Shown here: positions 12,642 to 25,440 of the stretch, in pieces | Position numbering within the stretch: the stretch's first letter is position 1 | Layout: every line of letters begins with the position of its first letter | Assembly (NCBI RefSeq): GCF_963921235.1 | Contig: NC_086108.1 | Span: forward strand, 101,930,001 to 101,994,000 | DNA length: 64,000 nt | Direction: 5' to 3' | DNA from: Mobula hypostoma | Taxonomy: Eukaryota | Notes under the pieces: model-generated | Seen by the model: the letters and a program-made list of their open reading frames with translations, nothing else | Database searches by the model: none | What the model was told of the DNA's origin: nothing | Translations under genes and position numbers: made by a program

Positions 12642-14578
12642 GTGAAGTACAGAGTTCCATCTACAATCCACGTTGATTAAGTATTAGTCTGAGATCCAGA
12701 AATCCGACACCGTCATCCAAAAACATCAAGGTTAAAGAAACCATTCAAACACAGGGACCTTCCTTCAGAAACGCAAATGAGAGCAAGAAAGCAAGAGACC
12801 ATCACATGTAGACACCCACCTCCAGCAGCAATGAGCAAGATGCTGATAGACAGCATTGAGTTGTGGATCTGTGGAACACTCTGCCTCAGAAGGCAGTGGA
12901 AGCCAATTCTCCGGATGCTTTCAAGAATGAGTTAAATAGCGCTCTTAATGATAGCGGAGTCAAGGGATATGGGGAGAAGGCAGGAACGGGTTACTGATTG
13001 TGGATGATCAGCCATGATCACAGTGAATGGTGGTGCTGGCTCAAAGAGCAGAATGGCCTGCTCCTGCACCTATTGTCTATTGGCTATAACACCACTTGCC
13101 TTCAGCACTCACCTCGATGATTTCAATCTTCCTCAGTACTTTATTCAGTGAGATGGCTGAGAAGTGGAGCCAATCATAGGCTTGCACCCCTTCTCCAAGC
13201 TTCTTGGCCTGAAGGCCACACATTTTGCTCGAAGCCTCGTGGCACCCTTCAGAGACAACAAAACACCAGAACCTCGTTTGAATGAAAAATAGAGATGTAA
13301 AAGAAGTGAAGGAAAACATTTTGTGAACCGTCTGGAAGCTGTTGCCTTTGGTCGCATTTTTCACTGGTTTTATCTTCTTCCAGGCATCAGGATATTGAAG
13401 CCTATCAGATTGTTTGACTTGTATTGTTTTTGCTGGTATTTGTTTAACTAACTTCCTCATTTCCAATGAACTGTTTCGCAGAATTTCTGAAAGATTTGAT
13501 ATGTCTCCCAAAATTTCTCAGAAGTTTGATATGTTCTCTATGAAAACTGGAATACAAGTATAAAAACAGGAAAGTAAGTGCTAGTTGGAATTTCCTTATA
13601 AATTCCAAAAGGATCTGATTTATTTTGTGAGCTTTTTTTATTTTAAATACTGAACGATCTCACAGCTGACAGTTTCTATGCTACTCTGATATACTATTTG
13701 ACATTATGATATATCCACCATCATACACCATTTTCTGCGTGCACCCACCAACATTAAAGACTCCTACCTTCCAGACTATGATCTCTTTTCATTACCACCA
13801 ACTGGTAGGAACCTTAGATCTCACACAGCCAGGCTTAGGAACAGTTACTACCGTTCAACCATAAAGCTTCCTGAATCTGCGTGGATAACTTCACTCACCA
13901 AAGCTCCAAACTGATTTCACAACCTACAGAATCACTTTCAAAGGTTCTAATACTCAAGTTCTCAGTATTATTTACTGTTTTCATTTGCACAATTTGCCGC
14001 CTTTTGTAGATTGGTAGTTTGTCAGTCTTTAGTTTTTTTTCATAAATTGTATTGTTTTTTCTTTATCTTCCTGTAAATGTCTGCAAGAAAATGAATGTTA
14101 AGGTGATATATGGTAACAAATGTGTACTTTGATAATAAACTTACTTTGACTTTGAATTATTTCTCCCTGCATACTTCTTCTAAGGGACTGCCCAAGAAAA
14201 GAGTGCATTAACTCCCAAATTAATACTGCAGTTGATATACTCAATCACTATTGGATACACACTGTTAATGTTATACGAAAACCAATTCAGCACTTCATAA
14301 CATCTAAGTTGCAGAGATATGGGGTTGAAATTTTTGGTTGTTCTTTCTTCCATGGTTATCTGGTTATTTCATTTCACTTTCCAGGGCAACATATTATTGT
14401 CTTAGTTACTTGCAAACTATGAGCATTTGAAAATGTTAGAACTACTGTCCAAATTGTATAATTTTGCCAGATCCATCTCCTCCTCTAATCCATTTCAAGT
14501 CACCTTGAGAAGTGGGTGTTACCTGCAGATCTATTACTTGCATTGCAGGAAGTTGGTTGAGCAGTCCTCCGTGAAAGA

Positions 14579-14734
14579 ATGACTCTCACCCAGGGATCGC
14601 TATTCTACTGTCTCTTGAGTGTTTGTGTTATCAAATGTTCCAAGGTTACATTGGTCAATAATGGATATAGAAATATTGTTTTTGCTAGAAATCCTAGTCT
14701 CCAATATAATCCCAAACTGATTGAAAACATTCAG
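14579..14734 (+). CDS. CLCA: CLCA coding exon 1 (signal peptide + NNGY motif)
   Basis: ATG at 14579; 52 codons with a hydrophobic N-terminus and VTLVNNGYRNIVFA; donor cag|gtgagg; candidate upstream acceptor ttgcag ending at 14548. Confidence 0.9.
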
Positions 14735-14904
14735 GTGAGGTGATTAATTTTGTTACACTGTTTTGTTCATTGTATGCTATTTGCATCAGGTTTCTCTTCT
14801 TGGAGTTTACAATTTGGTGAGAATTAAAGATATATTTATGTTCCTTTTTCCCCTCCCTGGGTGATTAAAATGCATTTACTTTCAATCCTGAATTTACTTT
14901 GCAG

Positions 14905-15048
14905 GAAATGATGACTGAAGCCTCGTTCTACCTCTACAAAGCTACAAAACATCAACTTTACTTCTCAGATGTAAAAATTCTGCTGCCTGCTGTCTGGCCA
15001 TTGAATTCAAGTCTGCTTCAGAGACCAACTACTCAGTCATATGAGAAG
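14905..15048 (+). CDS. CLCA: CLCA coding exon 2
   Basis: Acceptor tttactttgcag; 144 nt encoding EMMTEASFYLYKATKHQLYFSDVKILLPAVWPLNSSLLQRPTTQSYEK; donor aag|gtaaga. Confidence 0.93.
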
Positions 15049-15297
15049 GTAAGAACAGAGTGATGAGAGACTAAAACTGTTCTGAGTGACTTTCCAACAC
15101 TGGAACTTCTTTTAAACATTTCTGTTCACACTTGTGAGTTTCAGTGGTGGAGCAAGAGACATTCCATGGAAAGACCTGGCAAAACAATTTCCAAAGATGC
15201 TCTGATAAATATAATCTCTGCTCCAGTTAATAGTATGTTATAGAGTCACAGAAATGCCCCACTGATGTAAAAAATAGTGCAAATGATTGCTTGATGT

Positions 15298-18200
15298 CAG
15301 GGGCAGCGCTAAGGTGGTGCTAACTGGTGCTATAGACCCAGCAGAAATTACAATAGCACCACTGTAGCACAATCAAGAAATTACCTGAAATTTCACATGC
15401 AAATTGCAGCTGCTTTGCTTTCTCTGTATAGTTTGAATACAGCTTGTTTCTCCAGTTGATCTAGTGAAACAGCACCCCCAATTACCATAGCACCCACACA
15501 GCAATAAAGTTATAAACTCTGTCAGATCCACTCTACACCTCTGCTTATTCATTCGTTGTCAATGTCTTGCTGTTGCTGTCCTCAGATCAGTTAAGCTGAT
15601 CTAAGATCACTTAAGGTAGTGATTTCACTTACTCTTACTCATGCGAGAGATTGATAGTATAGATCCAGATGCAGATCAATGGTCTTGTGAAACTAACGGA
15701 TTGTGCTTTTACAAGTGAGCGTGGGCCGAGCATGTGCATTATGTTGGCCGGCGTGAAAAATGGATTGATTTTTAGTCAGAAAACGACCACATCCAGAGGA
15801 ATCAGTGGTGCCTCAGCCTGAGCCTGTCTTAATTGAAAGTGGCATGCAGAAAGAAGTAAGTGGGGATGAGGACGACAGCAGTTCATTGAAGGAGTGTGAG
15901 GGTGAAATAGAAGAACAAGAAATGGTGCAGGATTCAGAAGAGAACATGGATGAAGCTGTTCTTAGTGCGAGTGGGAATACTGTTAGCGATGTTAGCCAAC
16001 AGCCTGGGGAAGGACCCTATCAGCCAGCATTGAAAAAGTACCCTTCGCAACAGTTTGGCAATCAGCAAAGGAGTTTTATTCGTGGCTGGTTTGACCTGTA
16101 CTCCTGGCTGGAATATTCAATCACGAAAAATGCTACATTCTGCTTTGCATGCAGGCATTTCCTGTGTGGAGAACATGGGTTCCATTCTGAGTCTACCTTC
16201 ACTGTCACCGGTCACCGCAACTGGTGGAAAACTACAACAGCTTTCAAAACCCACCATGTAAGTGCTGCTCCTAAGTTTGCTATGGAGGCATGGGCCGAAT
16301 TGAGATTTAGAAAACAAGATGGTTCAAGATTGGGAAATATGCTTGATAAAGGACATTCAAAGAATGTCCAAGAAAATCGCGAGTATATGAGAGCAGTGGT
16401 TGAGTCTCTAAGCTATACTGCGTGCCAAGGCATTGCTCAGCGAGGACACCAGGAGGATGATGGATCTGGCAATAGGGAAAACTTTGCTGAGTTGCTCAGT
16501 GTAATTGGGAAGTTTGATAAGACTAGCTAAAAAAAAAGAGGACAATCCTGGAAATGCAAAAAACACCCATCATGATGTCCAAAATGAAATTATGGCTATT
16601 ATGGCAGATATGGTCAGATGCCAAATAAGTGCAGAAATCAAAGAGGCTGGACATTTTGCCATCATGGTGGATGAAAGTAAAGACTTGAGTAAGAAGGAGA
16701 AAATATCAGTGGCGGTGCAGTATTTGAATAACAAAACAGTGCTTGAAGAATTCCTGCACTTCACTCCAGCAGAAAGGTTGGACGCAGAGTTGCTTCTTAA
16801 AAGCATTGAACAGACACTCGCCCAGTGTTATTGATAAGAATGCGTGTATAGGTCAGTGTTATGACGGGTGGCAGTGATGCCCGGGTGCAATAACGGGGTA
16901 CAAGAGAGGTTCAGAAAAGAGGTCCTGCAGGCATTATATATACACTGCCATGCTCACAGACTTAACCTTGTTTTAGTGGATGTTGTGAGCAATGTACAAC
17001 AAGGGGATGAGTTTTTTGAAACTGTGCAGCTGCTTTACAACTTCTTTTCAGACTCTGTTGCCCATGATCTTTTCATGAAGAAACAGAGAGAACTGGAATC
17101 AATTGCACAGCCCGTGGAGTTGAAGAAATTGTCAGATACACACTGGGCATGGCAGTATACAGCTTTGTAGGCTATAAGGAAATCACTCCCTGTCATTCTA
17201 GCTACACTACAGGATATTATGGGTCAACCAAATTCACAGAGGAAAACTGAGGCCAGAGCTGTAAATGGACTGATTGACGAGCAGTTTGCTTTACTTCTCA
17301 CTCTGTTTGAGGATTTATTCTGAATCACCAAGTTCATATCAGACCAGCTACAATCTCCCAGTTTGGAGCTTTCATCCGCTGTGGACTTGGCTCAGTCTGT
17401 TATCGATGTACTCTCAGCAAAACAGGGAGAGGAATCATGGAGTGAAATTCAGACAAGAGCTAGGGACCTGTGCGTCAAGGCCGGTATACAGAGCAGACCA
17501 CATGAAAGGAGACAGGCCCAGCCACCTCGCCGCATACATGATTTCTTTGTTGAGGCGCAAACTGAACGCACACCTGTCACATCCTCTGATGACCTTCACA
17601 AGCACTGTTTCTATCCAGTTATAGACAGACTTCTGACTGAAATGAAAAGACGGTCATCAGTTGAGACGAGGAGTGTTCTGACTGGAGTCTCAGCATTGAG
17701 TCCCAAACATAAGTTCTTCCTAGACAAGAATTGTCTTTGGCCAATACTATGGAGTGACTGAAGTGAACCTGACTGCAGAGCTACATCAGGTTCGGCGTCT
17801 GCTGGAAACAAAACAAAAGCAGGGACAGACAGTGAATGACAGTGGAATTTCAAGCGCTAATGAGACTCTACCGCGATGCATTTATAGATTTATACAAACT
17901 AATCTGCATACCTCTGAATCTGCCTGTTACATCTGCCTCATGTGAACGGAGTTTCTCTTGCCTCAGACGCCTCAAAAACTACCTAAGGAACAGCAGCAGT
18001 GATGGTCAGAACAGCAACTTGGCCCTGTTGGCCATAAACAGCCGGAGGACCAGGACACTTGACACCCAGAAAATTATTGATGCTTTTGCCACCAATCACA
18101 ACAGATGGATTGTGCTTCTCTCAAAACATCAATGGTGAGTGCAGTTGATTTTATTTAAATTTGGGCCAAGGCTAATGCTGATTATTATTATTATTTTGTG

Positions 18201-18966
18201 GTGGATACCCCATAGTCCTTATGTTTCCTGCAAATCCTAAACTATTACATTTACTGCTATTAAGCCTACTGGTTTTGCTTAGACTTCCAAGCAGTGATTC
18301 TGTTGATTTTTGTTTTAAATTCAATAGCCAAATTAATTGAGGTATTGCATGGTCAGAGTACGATTTGTCCAACTCCTGGTAAAGCCTTGCATCTGTTGTT
18401 TGCCTTATTTGACTTTAATAATGGTGTATCTTTTGGCATTGTCTGTCTATGTAGTGTGAAAAGCAGTGGACATTGTGGGTTAGTAAACAACAGGAATTCT
18501 GCAGATGCTGGAAATTCAAGCACACACATCAAAGTTGCTGGTGAACGCAGCAGGCCAGGCAACATCTCTAGGAAGAGGTGCAGTCGACGTTTCATTGTGG
18601 GTTAGTGTTGTGTTTTTCAGTTGAAAAGCACGCATTTGACGCTGATTGCGGGATCGGTGCGTGATTCACGTTGTACGCTGTGGGTGGGATGCTCTGTTGG
18701 TTTGTTTGTTTATGCTCTGTGTAGCCCGGGTTGTCTCCGATGCCGTTGACACTGTCACAGTTCACTTCTATATTAGATCTATCAATTGCTGTTGCTTGTG
18801 AATCAACATTTATAGTAGGCACATAATGCCTGAAACTGACTTTTTAACACCACGCGTCTGGCCTTGCGAATACATATTACCATACAGCACATCCCTCAGC
18901 GCCATCACTGAATAATTCAGCCCCACGGTAGCACCAGCAAGAAAAAAATCTCTGGCGCCGCCACTG
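15298..18966 (+). mobile_element. hAT DNA transposon (ZMYM1/DUF4371-type transposase, decayed) in CLCA intron 2
   Basis: TIRs CAGGGGCAGCGC / GCGCCGCCACTG; TSD CTTGATGT/CTTGACGT; transposase motifs WLEYS...FCFACRHF, IMVDESKD, HCHAHRLNL, PVTSASCERSFSCLRRLKNYLR; several frameshifts and stops. Confidence 0.95.
18485..18592 (-). mobile_element. 108-bp Penelope pLTR-derived insertion nested in the hAT
   Basis: 14-bp TSD CATTGTGGGTTAGT (18471-18484, 18593-18606); sequence matches the pLTR 3' part at 19745-19850. Confidence 0.85.
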
Positions 18967-19220
18967 CTTGACGTTCAGTGCAGACTCAGTGAGCCAAAAG
19001 AACTATTTTTATGTTATATGACTCTATGAGTCACATTTAGATAACTGCTGTGAGGAGTAAATTGAATTCAAGAATTTTTGCTGGTGCATTGGAGACAGAT
19101 TTTTTTCCCTTGAATTATTCACCCAATTGTTATACATTCCTTTGTTTTCATATTTGATGTTTTTCTCTTATCTATCTGGAAGCCTGATGCATAAAGCATA
19201 AAAGTATTGATACATGAGCT

Positions 19221-19853
19221 ACATACACAAAAAATGCTGGTGAACGCAGCAGGCCAGGCAGCATCTATAGGAAGAGGTACAGTCGACGTTTCGGGCCGAG
19301 ACCCTTCGTCAGGACTAACTGAAAGAAGAGATAGTTCCATCTGGATAGCCTCCGACCTGATGGCATGAACATTGACTTCTCTAACTTCCGTTAATGCTCC
19401 ACCTCCCCTTCATACCCTATCCGTTATTTATTTATCATTAATATTGTTAATTTTTTTTAAATTTCCCTCTCCCTCCTTTTTCTCCCTCTGTACCTCTCAC
19501 TATACTCCTTGTCCATCCTCTGGGCTTCCCCCCTCCCCTTTTCTTTCTCCCTAAGCCTCCCATCCCATGATCCTCTCCCTTCTTCAGCCTCATATCCCTT
19601 TTGCCAATCAACTTTCTAGTTCTTAGCTCCATCCCTCCCCCTCCTGTCTTCTTCTATCATTTCGGATCTCCCCCTCCCCCTTCCACTTCCAAATCTCTTA
19701 CTATCTCTTCTTTCAGTTAGTCCTGACGAAGGGTCTCGGCCCAAAACGTCGACTGTACCTCTTTCTATAGGTGCTGCGTGGCCTGCTGTGTTCACCAGCA
19801 TATATTGTGTGTTGCTTGAAATTCCAGCATCTGCAGATTTCTTCGTGTTTGCG
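19221..19853 (+). mobile_element. Non-autonomous Penelope-like element with inverted pLTRs and two hammerhead motifs
   Basis: 14-bp TSD TTGATACATGAGCT (19207-19220, 19854-19867); 19225-19333 is the reverse complement of ~19701-19810. Confidence 0.88.
19281..19316 (-). ncRNA. Minimal type I hammerhead ribozyme motif (Penelope pLTR)
   Basis: Minus strand AGUC-CUGACGA-A-GGGUCUCGGCCC-GAAAC-GUC-GACU: helix I AGUC/GACU, core CUGANGA and GAAA, helix II hairpin, GUC cleavage triplet, palindromic ACGU in place of helix III. Confidence 0.8.
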
Positions 19854-20392
19854 TTGATACATGAGCTGAAGGATTCTGGAACTGTAATTGGGTTCTTGCT
19901 CTTTGATGACATGAGGCTATTCTGGAATTTGGCAGGTATGTTGTGGTCTGCCTATTGTTTGTTAAGATTAAGAGATGGAATTGTGAGTAGCTGATGACTT
20001 TTTGTGGAGTGTGTAAAGAGCTCCACAAAAGTGGGAGTCTGCAAATGAGGGTGGGCAAGTTGCAGATGACAGAGGTACTGTCAATGAGTATTGCTGGGAG
20101 AGATCTGGGAGTTAATCAGTTTCGACAACTGTGTCTATGCAGGATTCAAAAATTTGTGCATTTTGTGGTAAAAGAGGTACTTGGCATATAGATATCACTA
20201 GAGAAGTAGCCTTAATTCCAATAATGTTGTTGACATACCGTATCAGAGATCTTTTTGAATTGTGGAGTATTAGATACTTAAAAGGAAGATCTTAGTCATA
20301 GTCAGATAACACAGAAACAAACCATTTCAGCTTACCATGTCTGTGCTGAGAACAATGCCCATCTATGCCAACCTGAGCTGCAATATCCCAGG

Positions 20393-21074
20393 AGGGGGGA
20401 GAAGATGACGGTGCGAGGGTGGCGCGCGCGGCCACTTCGGTGATGATATCTGTTATCTGTCAAGTAGGGGACCGTGCACAATTCTGATTTGATGGAGACA
20501 GATGTGAGAGTACGGAGGAACATCTGGAAAACTTCTGAAATGCCCGCTTCGCTGCCGCTGCTACTGTGTGATAACAGGAATCTCCGGAGCAAAAGGCACC
20601 GAATCCTCGGCTTTGCGTGTTTCAGCGGCCGGGGCGAGGTCGAAGGCACTCGGCAGAGGATGGCGCTCAGGAGGCTGTATCAGAGCGGCTGGTCGGAAGC
20701 TCGAGGTTTTCGGACGGATGGACTCAGTGTCGGCTGTGGTCGGCTGCTTCCAAGGCATCGGCAAGTTGACGGTGCCCTGAGGTTTATGGCAGGGAGTTTC
20801 TCCCTTTTGCCGTCTGCTATTGGGGACTCGGGGTTGATCGACTCGGGGACTTTGAGACTATTTTTACCATGCCCATGATTTGTTCTTCATCAAATTATGG
20901 TATTGCTTTGCACTGCTGTAACTATATGTTATAATTATGTGGTTCTGTCAGTGTTAGTCTTTGGTTTGTCCTGTTTTCTGTGATATCACTCTGGAGAAAC
21001 ATTGTATCATTTCTCAATGCATGTATGCATTTGTAAATGACAATAAAAGAGAACTGAGTGTTCTCATAATCTAA
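20393..21074 (+). mobile_element. ~680-bp non-coding interspersed repeat (non-autonomous LINE/SINE-like), copy 1
   Basis: GC-rich 5' end (GGAGAAGATGACG), AATAAA then ...CATAATCTAA 3' end; closely similar inverted copy at 24467-25147. Confidence 0.8.
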
Positions 21075-21094
21075 AATATCATTTTATGTGTTTC

Positions 21095-23480
21095 CTTTCC
21101 AAGCACATGTCCAAACACCTTTTAAGCATAGAATTGTAATTGCCTCCACTACCTCTTCTTGCAGCCAAGTCAAAATATTCACTACAGATCTTTAAAAATT
21201 TCCCCTCTCACTTTGAGTCTGCGCCTTCTAGCTCTAGACTCATCCGGGGAAAAAAATTGCTTTCTATCCTATGTATGGCTCTTGTAATTCTATAAACGCC
21301 TGTAAGGTCACCCTCAGCCTTCTGTTCAACTGAAGATAAACTTAGTCTGCCCAATCTATCCTTATAACTACAGACTTCTATGCCAGGTAACATGATGAGA
21401 GGCATTGATCGTCTGGATAGTCAGAGGCTTTTGCCAGGGCTGAAGTGGCTAGCACGAGAGTGCATAGTTTAAGGTGCTTGGAAGTAGGTACAGAGGGGAT
21501 GTCAGGGGTAAGTTTTTTTTGTAAACGCAGAGAGTGGTGAGTGCATGGAATGGGCTGCCGGCGACAGTGGTGAAGGCGGATACGATAAGGTCTTTTAAGA
21601 GACTCCTGGATCGGTACGTGGAGCTTAGAAAAATAGAGGACTATCGGTGACCCTCTGCACTTTCTGAAGTTAGTACATATTCGGCACAGTATTGTGGGCC
21701 GAAGGGCCTGTATTCTGCTGTAAGATTTCTATGTTTCTATTTTCCTAACATCTTGGTGAATCTCTTTGGTGCTCTCTTTGTAGCTGCCACATTCTTCCTG
21801 TAGTGTGACACCAGAACTGTACAGAAGTGTGGTTCAAGTCCCAAATCTTATGCTCAAATCCTCAGCCTGCAAAGGCAAGAATGCCAAGAGTAGCAGGATT
21901 GCTGCCTTACATACAAACGTTATCACTTTCAGAAAGTTATGGACTTGCATGCCAGAGTCTCTCTGTACATCAATACTCCTAAGATCCTGCCAGTTACTTT
22001 GCATGTCCAACTAGATTTTGATCTTATATCTGGCTACTACTTCTCAATTTACTTTTAAACTTATGTCCCATTGTATCCTTAAACAAGTTTCCTCTCCAAA
22101 AATGACTCCAGCAATTTTTATAAGAGTATAAAACATAGGAGCAGAATTAGGCCATTCAGCCGATTGAGTGTGCTCTGCCATTCCATCAGGGCTGATCCCG
22201 GATCCCACTCAACCCCGTACACCTGCCTTCTTGTCATATCCTTTGATACCCTGACTGATCAGGAAACGATCAACTTCCACCTTAAATATACACACGGACT
22301 TGGCCTTCACCGCAGTCTGTGGCAGAGCATTTCACAGATTTACTTTTCTCTGGCTAAAGAAATTCCTCCTTACCTCTGCTCTAAAGGGTCACCGCTCAGT
22401 TTTGAGGCTGATCCCCCTAGTTCTGCAAACTCCCCATCATAAGAAATATCCTCTCCACATCCACCCTATCTAGTCCTTTCAACTTTTGGTAGGTTTCAAT
22501 GAGGTCCCCCGCATTCTTCTAAGTTCCAGTCAGTACAGGTGCAAAGCTGCCAAATGTTCCTCATATGTTAACCCCAAAGTCTAATAACACAATGTGTTAT
22601 GTCCATAACATATTAGACATAGGAGAGGAATTAAGGCATTTGACCCATTGAATCAGCTCCGCGCTTGCGTCATCTGCAAACTTACTGATCGCACCTTCTA
22701 TATTCTCATTCAAGTTATTTTTATCTATTACAAATAACTAAAGTCCCAGCACAAATCTCTGTGGTACGCCACTTATAACAAATTTCCAGTCAGAAAAAGT
22801 ATGAATTTATTGCAACTCTCACACAGCTAACTTTGGATCCAATTTATCAATACACCTCAGATTAAATTGCCTTACCCTCTGGACCAGCCTAGTATGCAGA
22901 ACCTTGTAAAATAAAACACATAAACTAAAGACCACATAATCAAGGTCTGTTCTTTGAACTCATCAATTTTCCAAATTACCTCCTTAAAAATTCAATCAGT
23001 TTTGTGAGACCTGATCTCCCTTGCACAAAGTCATGCTGACTTTGCCTAATCAGTCCTTGTCTTTCCAAATGAACATAAGTCCAGTTCCTCAGTCTTCTTT
23101 AACAACTCACAAGTCTGTAGTTTCCAAGTCTATCCCTACTGCCCTCTTTGAACACAAAGATTGCATTTGCTATTCTCCAGTCTTCTGACACCTCAGTCTT
23201 GGCTAACAAAAGCACAAATTCTCTGTCGGAGGCTCAGCACTTCCTTCCCTTGTTCCCACGGAGATCCTGGGGTAGAATCACTTAAGCCCTGGGGGATTTC
23301 CACCACCTATTTTGCTGCAATATGTCTAGCACTTCCTTCTTCCTGATACAAACACGCTTCAGAATATCAGAGTAACTGTTAACTCTCCATCTTCCACATT
23401 CTTCTCCTTGGTGAATACCGATGAGAAATTTTCACTTAGAATTTCTCCTATGTCATCTGGCTCTAAATAGATGACACCCA
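21095..23480. mobile_element. Nested CR1 fragments (old minus-strand copy with younger 3' ends at ~21400-21740 + and ~22130-22575 -)
   Basis: CR1 3' motifs and (TTTCTATG)n tails; EILSENFSSVFTKE on the minus strand at ~23400. Confidence 0.75.
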
Positions 23481-23599
23481 ATCTCCATTCCCACATCACA
23501 AATAGCAGATTGGACGGGCTGTCTGCAGCGAGGCCAGTCAGCACGTATGCAGCAGGAGGCTGGTTCTGTTTGCCTTCCACTGGCTCACGCATGTTAAGA

Positions 23600-25440
23600 T
23601 ACTTATAAAACATGGCATGAAGGCCGCAGTTACTGCAGCGGTGTCATCTGCCAAAAACTGCTAAACTGCAGAGAGGCAAGAATGCATGAAGTCTGCCACT
23701 GGATCACTATCTACCACTAGGGTTCCGTTAAAGTCCTGAAGCTTATCTTATTTGAAAAGAAAGTTCAACTCACTTTCCCTGATAGTTTTGTAGCATTTCT
23801 AAGTGATAAGCAGCTGGAGAAAAAAATTGTCACTGCTAAATATGACATATTTTTCCTGTTAGATATATTTGAAAAACTGAAATTATCAAAGCAGCTACAA
23901 GGAATCTCAATCATCCAAAGAGGCTATTAATGCTTCCTTGGATAATTCAGACTTTTCATCAGCAATATTGGAAGTCACTAGTTTACGCAAACTTCCTTCA
24001 CTGGCCATTCTTAAAATAGAATTGCAAGATGACGATCTGATTATATATCTCGATCGTTTGGAACAACTGGACATTGATATGGAAATTCAGTTCAGAGACC
24101 TGCTGGAGATGCATATTCCAGATTGGGTGGTGGATCCATTTGGGGTGAATGTGAATGATGTTGACATCACATTACAAGAATGTCTTATTGAGCTGCAGAG
24201 TGATATAACAGCTCAAGCAAAATTCAAACACGAAATTTCTGGATAAGTTGTGATATTCAAAATAAGTTTCCGCAGCTCTGGGAGAAAGCAGAGTTGTTTT
24301 TAATTGGATTTAGTTAAACACTTCTACTACAATCAAAGCTTGTAATAGTCTTGATGTTGTGAAAAGAGGTGATTTTCGATTATCTTTAACCTAGTTGCAG
24401 CCAGTTATCCAAACGTTCACTGGCTTGCATCAGTAAGGATCTCACTATATACGCAAAGTAACAATATTAGATTATGAGAACACTCAGTCCTCTTTTATTG
24501 TCATTTACAAATGCATAGATGCATTAAGAAATGATACAATGTTTCTCCGGAGTGATATCACAGAAAACAGGACAAACCAAAGACTAACACTGACAGAACC
24601 ACATAATTATAACATATAGTTACAGCAGTGCAAAGCAATACCATAATTTGATGAGGAACAAACCATGGGCACGGTAAAAATAGTCTCAAAGTCCCCGAGT
24701 CGATCGACTCCCGAGTCCCCGATAGCAGGCGGCAAAAGGAAGAAACTCCCTGCCATAAACCTCCAGGCACCGTCAACTTGCCGATGCCTTGGAAGCAGCT
24801 GACCACAGGCGACACTGAGTCCGTCCGTCCAAAAACTTCGAGCTTCCGACCAGCCCCTCCGATACAACCTCCCGAGCGCCATCCTCTGCCGAGCGCCTTC
24901 AACCTCGCCCCGGCCGCTGAAACAAGCAAAGCCGAGGATTTGGTGTCTCTTGCCTGGAGATTCCGGTTATCACACAATAGCAGCAGCAGTGAAGCGGGCA
25001 TTTCAGAAGTTTTCCAGATGTTCCTCCATACTCTCACATCTGTCTCCATCAAATCAGAATTGTGCAGGGTCCCCTACTTGACAGATAACAGACATCATTC
25101 ACCGGAGAGTCCGCGCGCGCTGCCGTCGCGCCGCCATCTTCTCCTCCTTATTAAGCGCTTCTTCATCACTAGTTGGAAGCATATTATCTACATTCAAAGT
25201 AAAGTATCCTATTCAGAGTTTTGAAAGAATTGTTTTATTTGTCATATACACCTGTAACATTATATTTTACATATAATACCTATAACCTCTTAAAACATAA
25301 ATATTGTCTGTACATTACAATAATTATTACAGTTGACCAAAAGAGACTTTAACAACTAACTGAGACTATGGAGGATAGGGGCCACAGATGTAAATGAAAG
25401 TCGCAAGTGGGCCACAAGCAGAAAAAGGTTGAGACCATGG
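23600..25440 (+). mobile_element. hAT-Charlie/Buster transposase 3' remnant
   Basis: ORF 23938-24246 FRDLLEMHIPDWVVDPF...LQECLIELQSD; right-end TIR-like AAAAAGGTTGAGACCATGG. Left boundary is approximate. Confidence 0.75.
24467..25147 (-). mobile_element. ~680-bp non-coding interspersed repeat, copy 2 (inside the hAT-Charlie remnant)
   Basis: Reverse complement of 20393-21074; starts GGAGGAGAAGATGGCGGCG. Confidence 0.8.

Noticed and set aside
15805..18138. ZMYM1-like host gene
   Set aside because: Fragmented transposase with several stops and frameshifts inside a TIR/TSD-bounded hAT.
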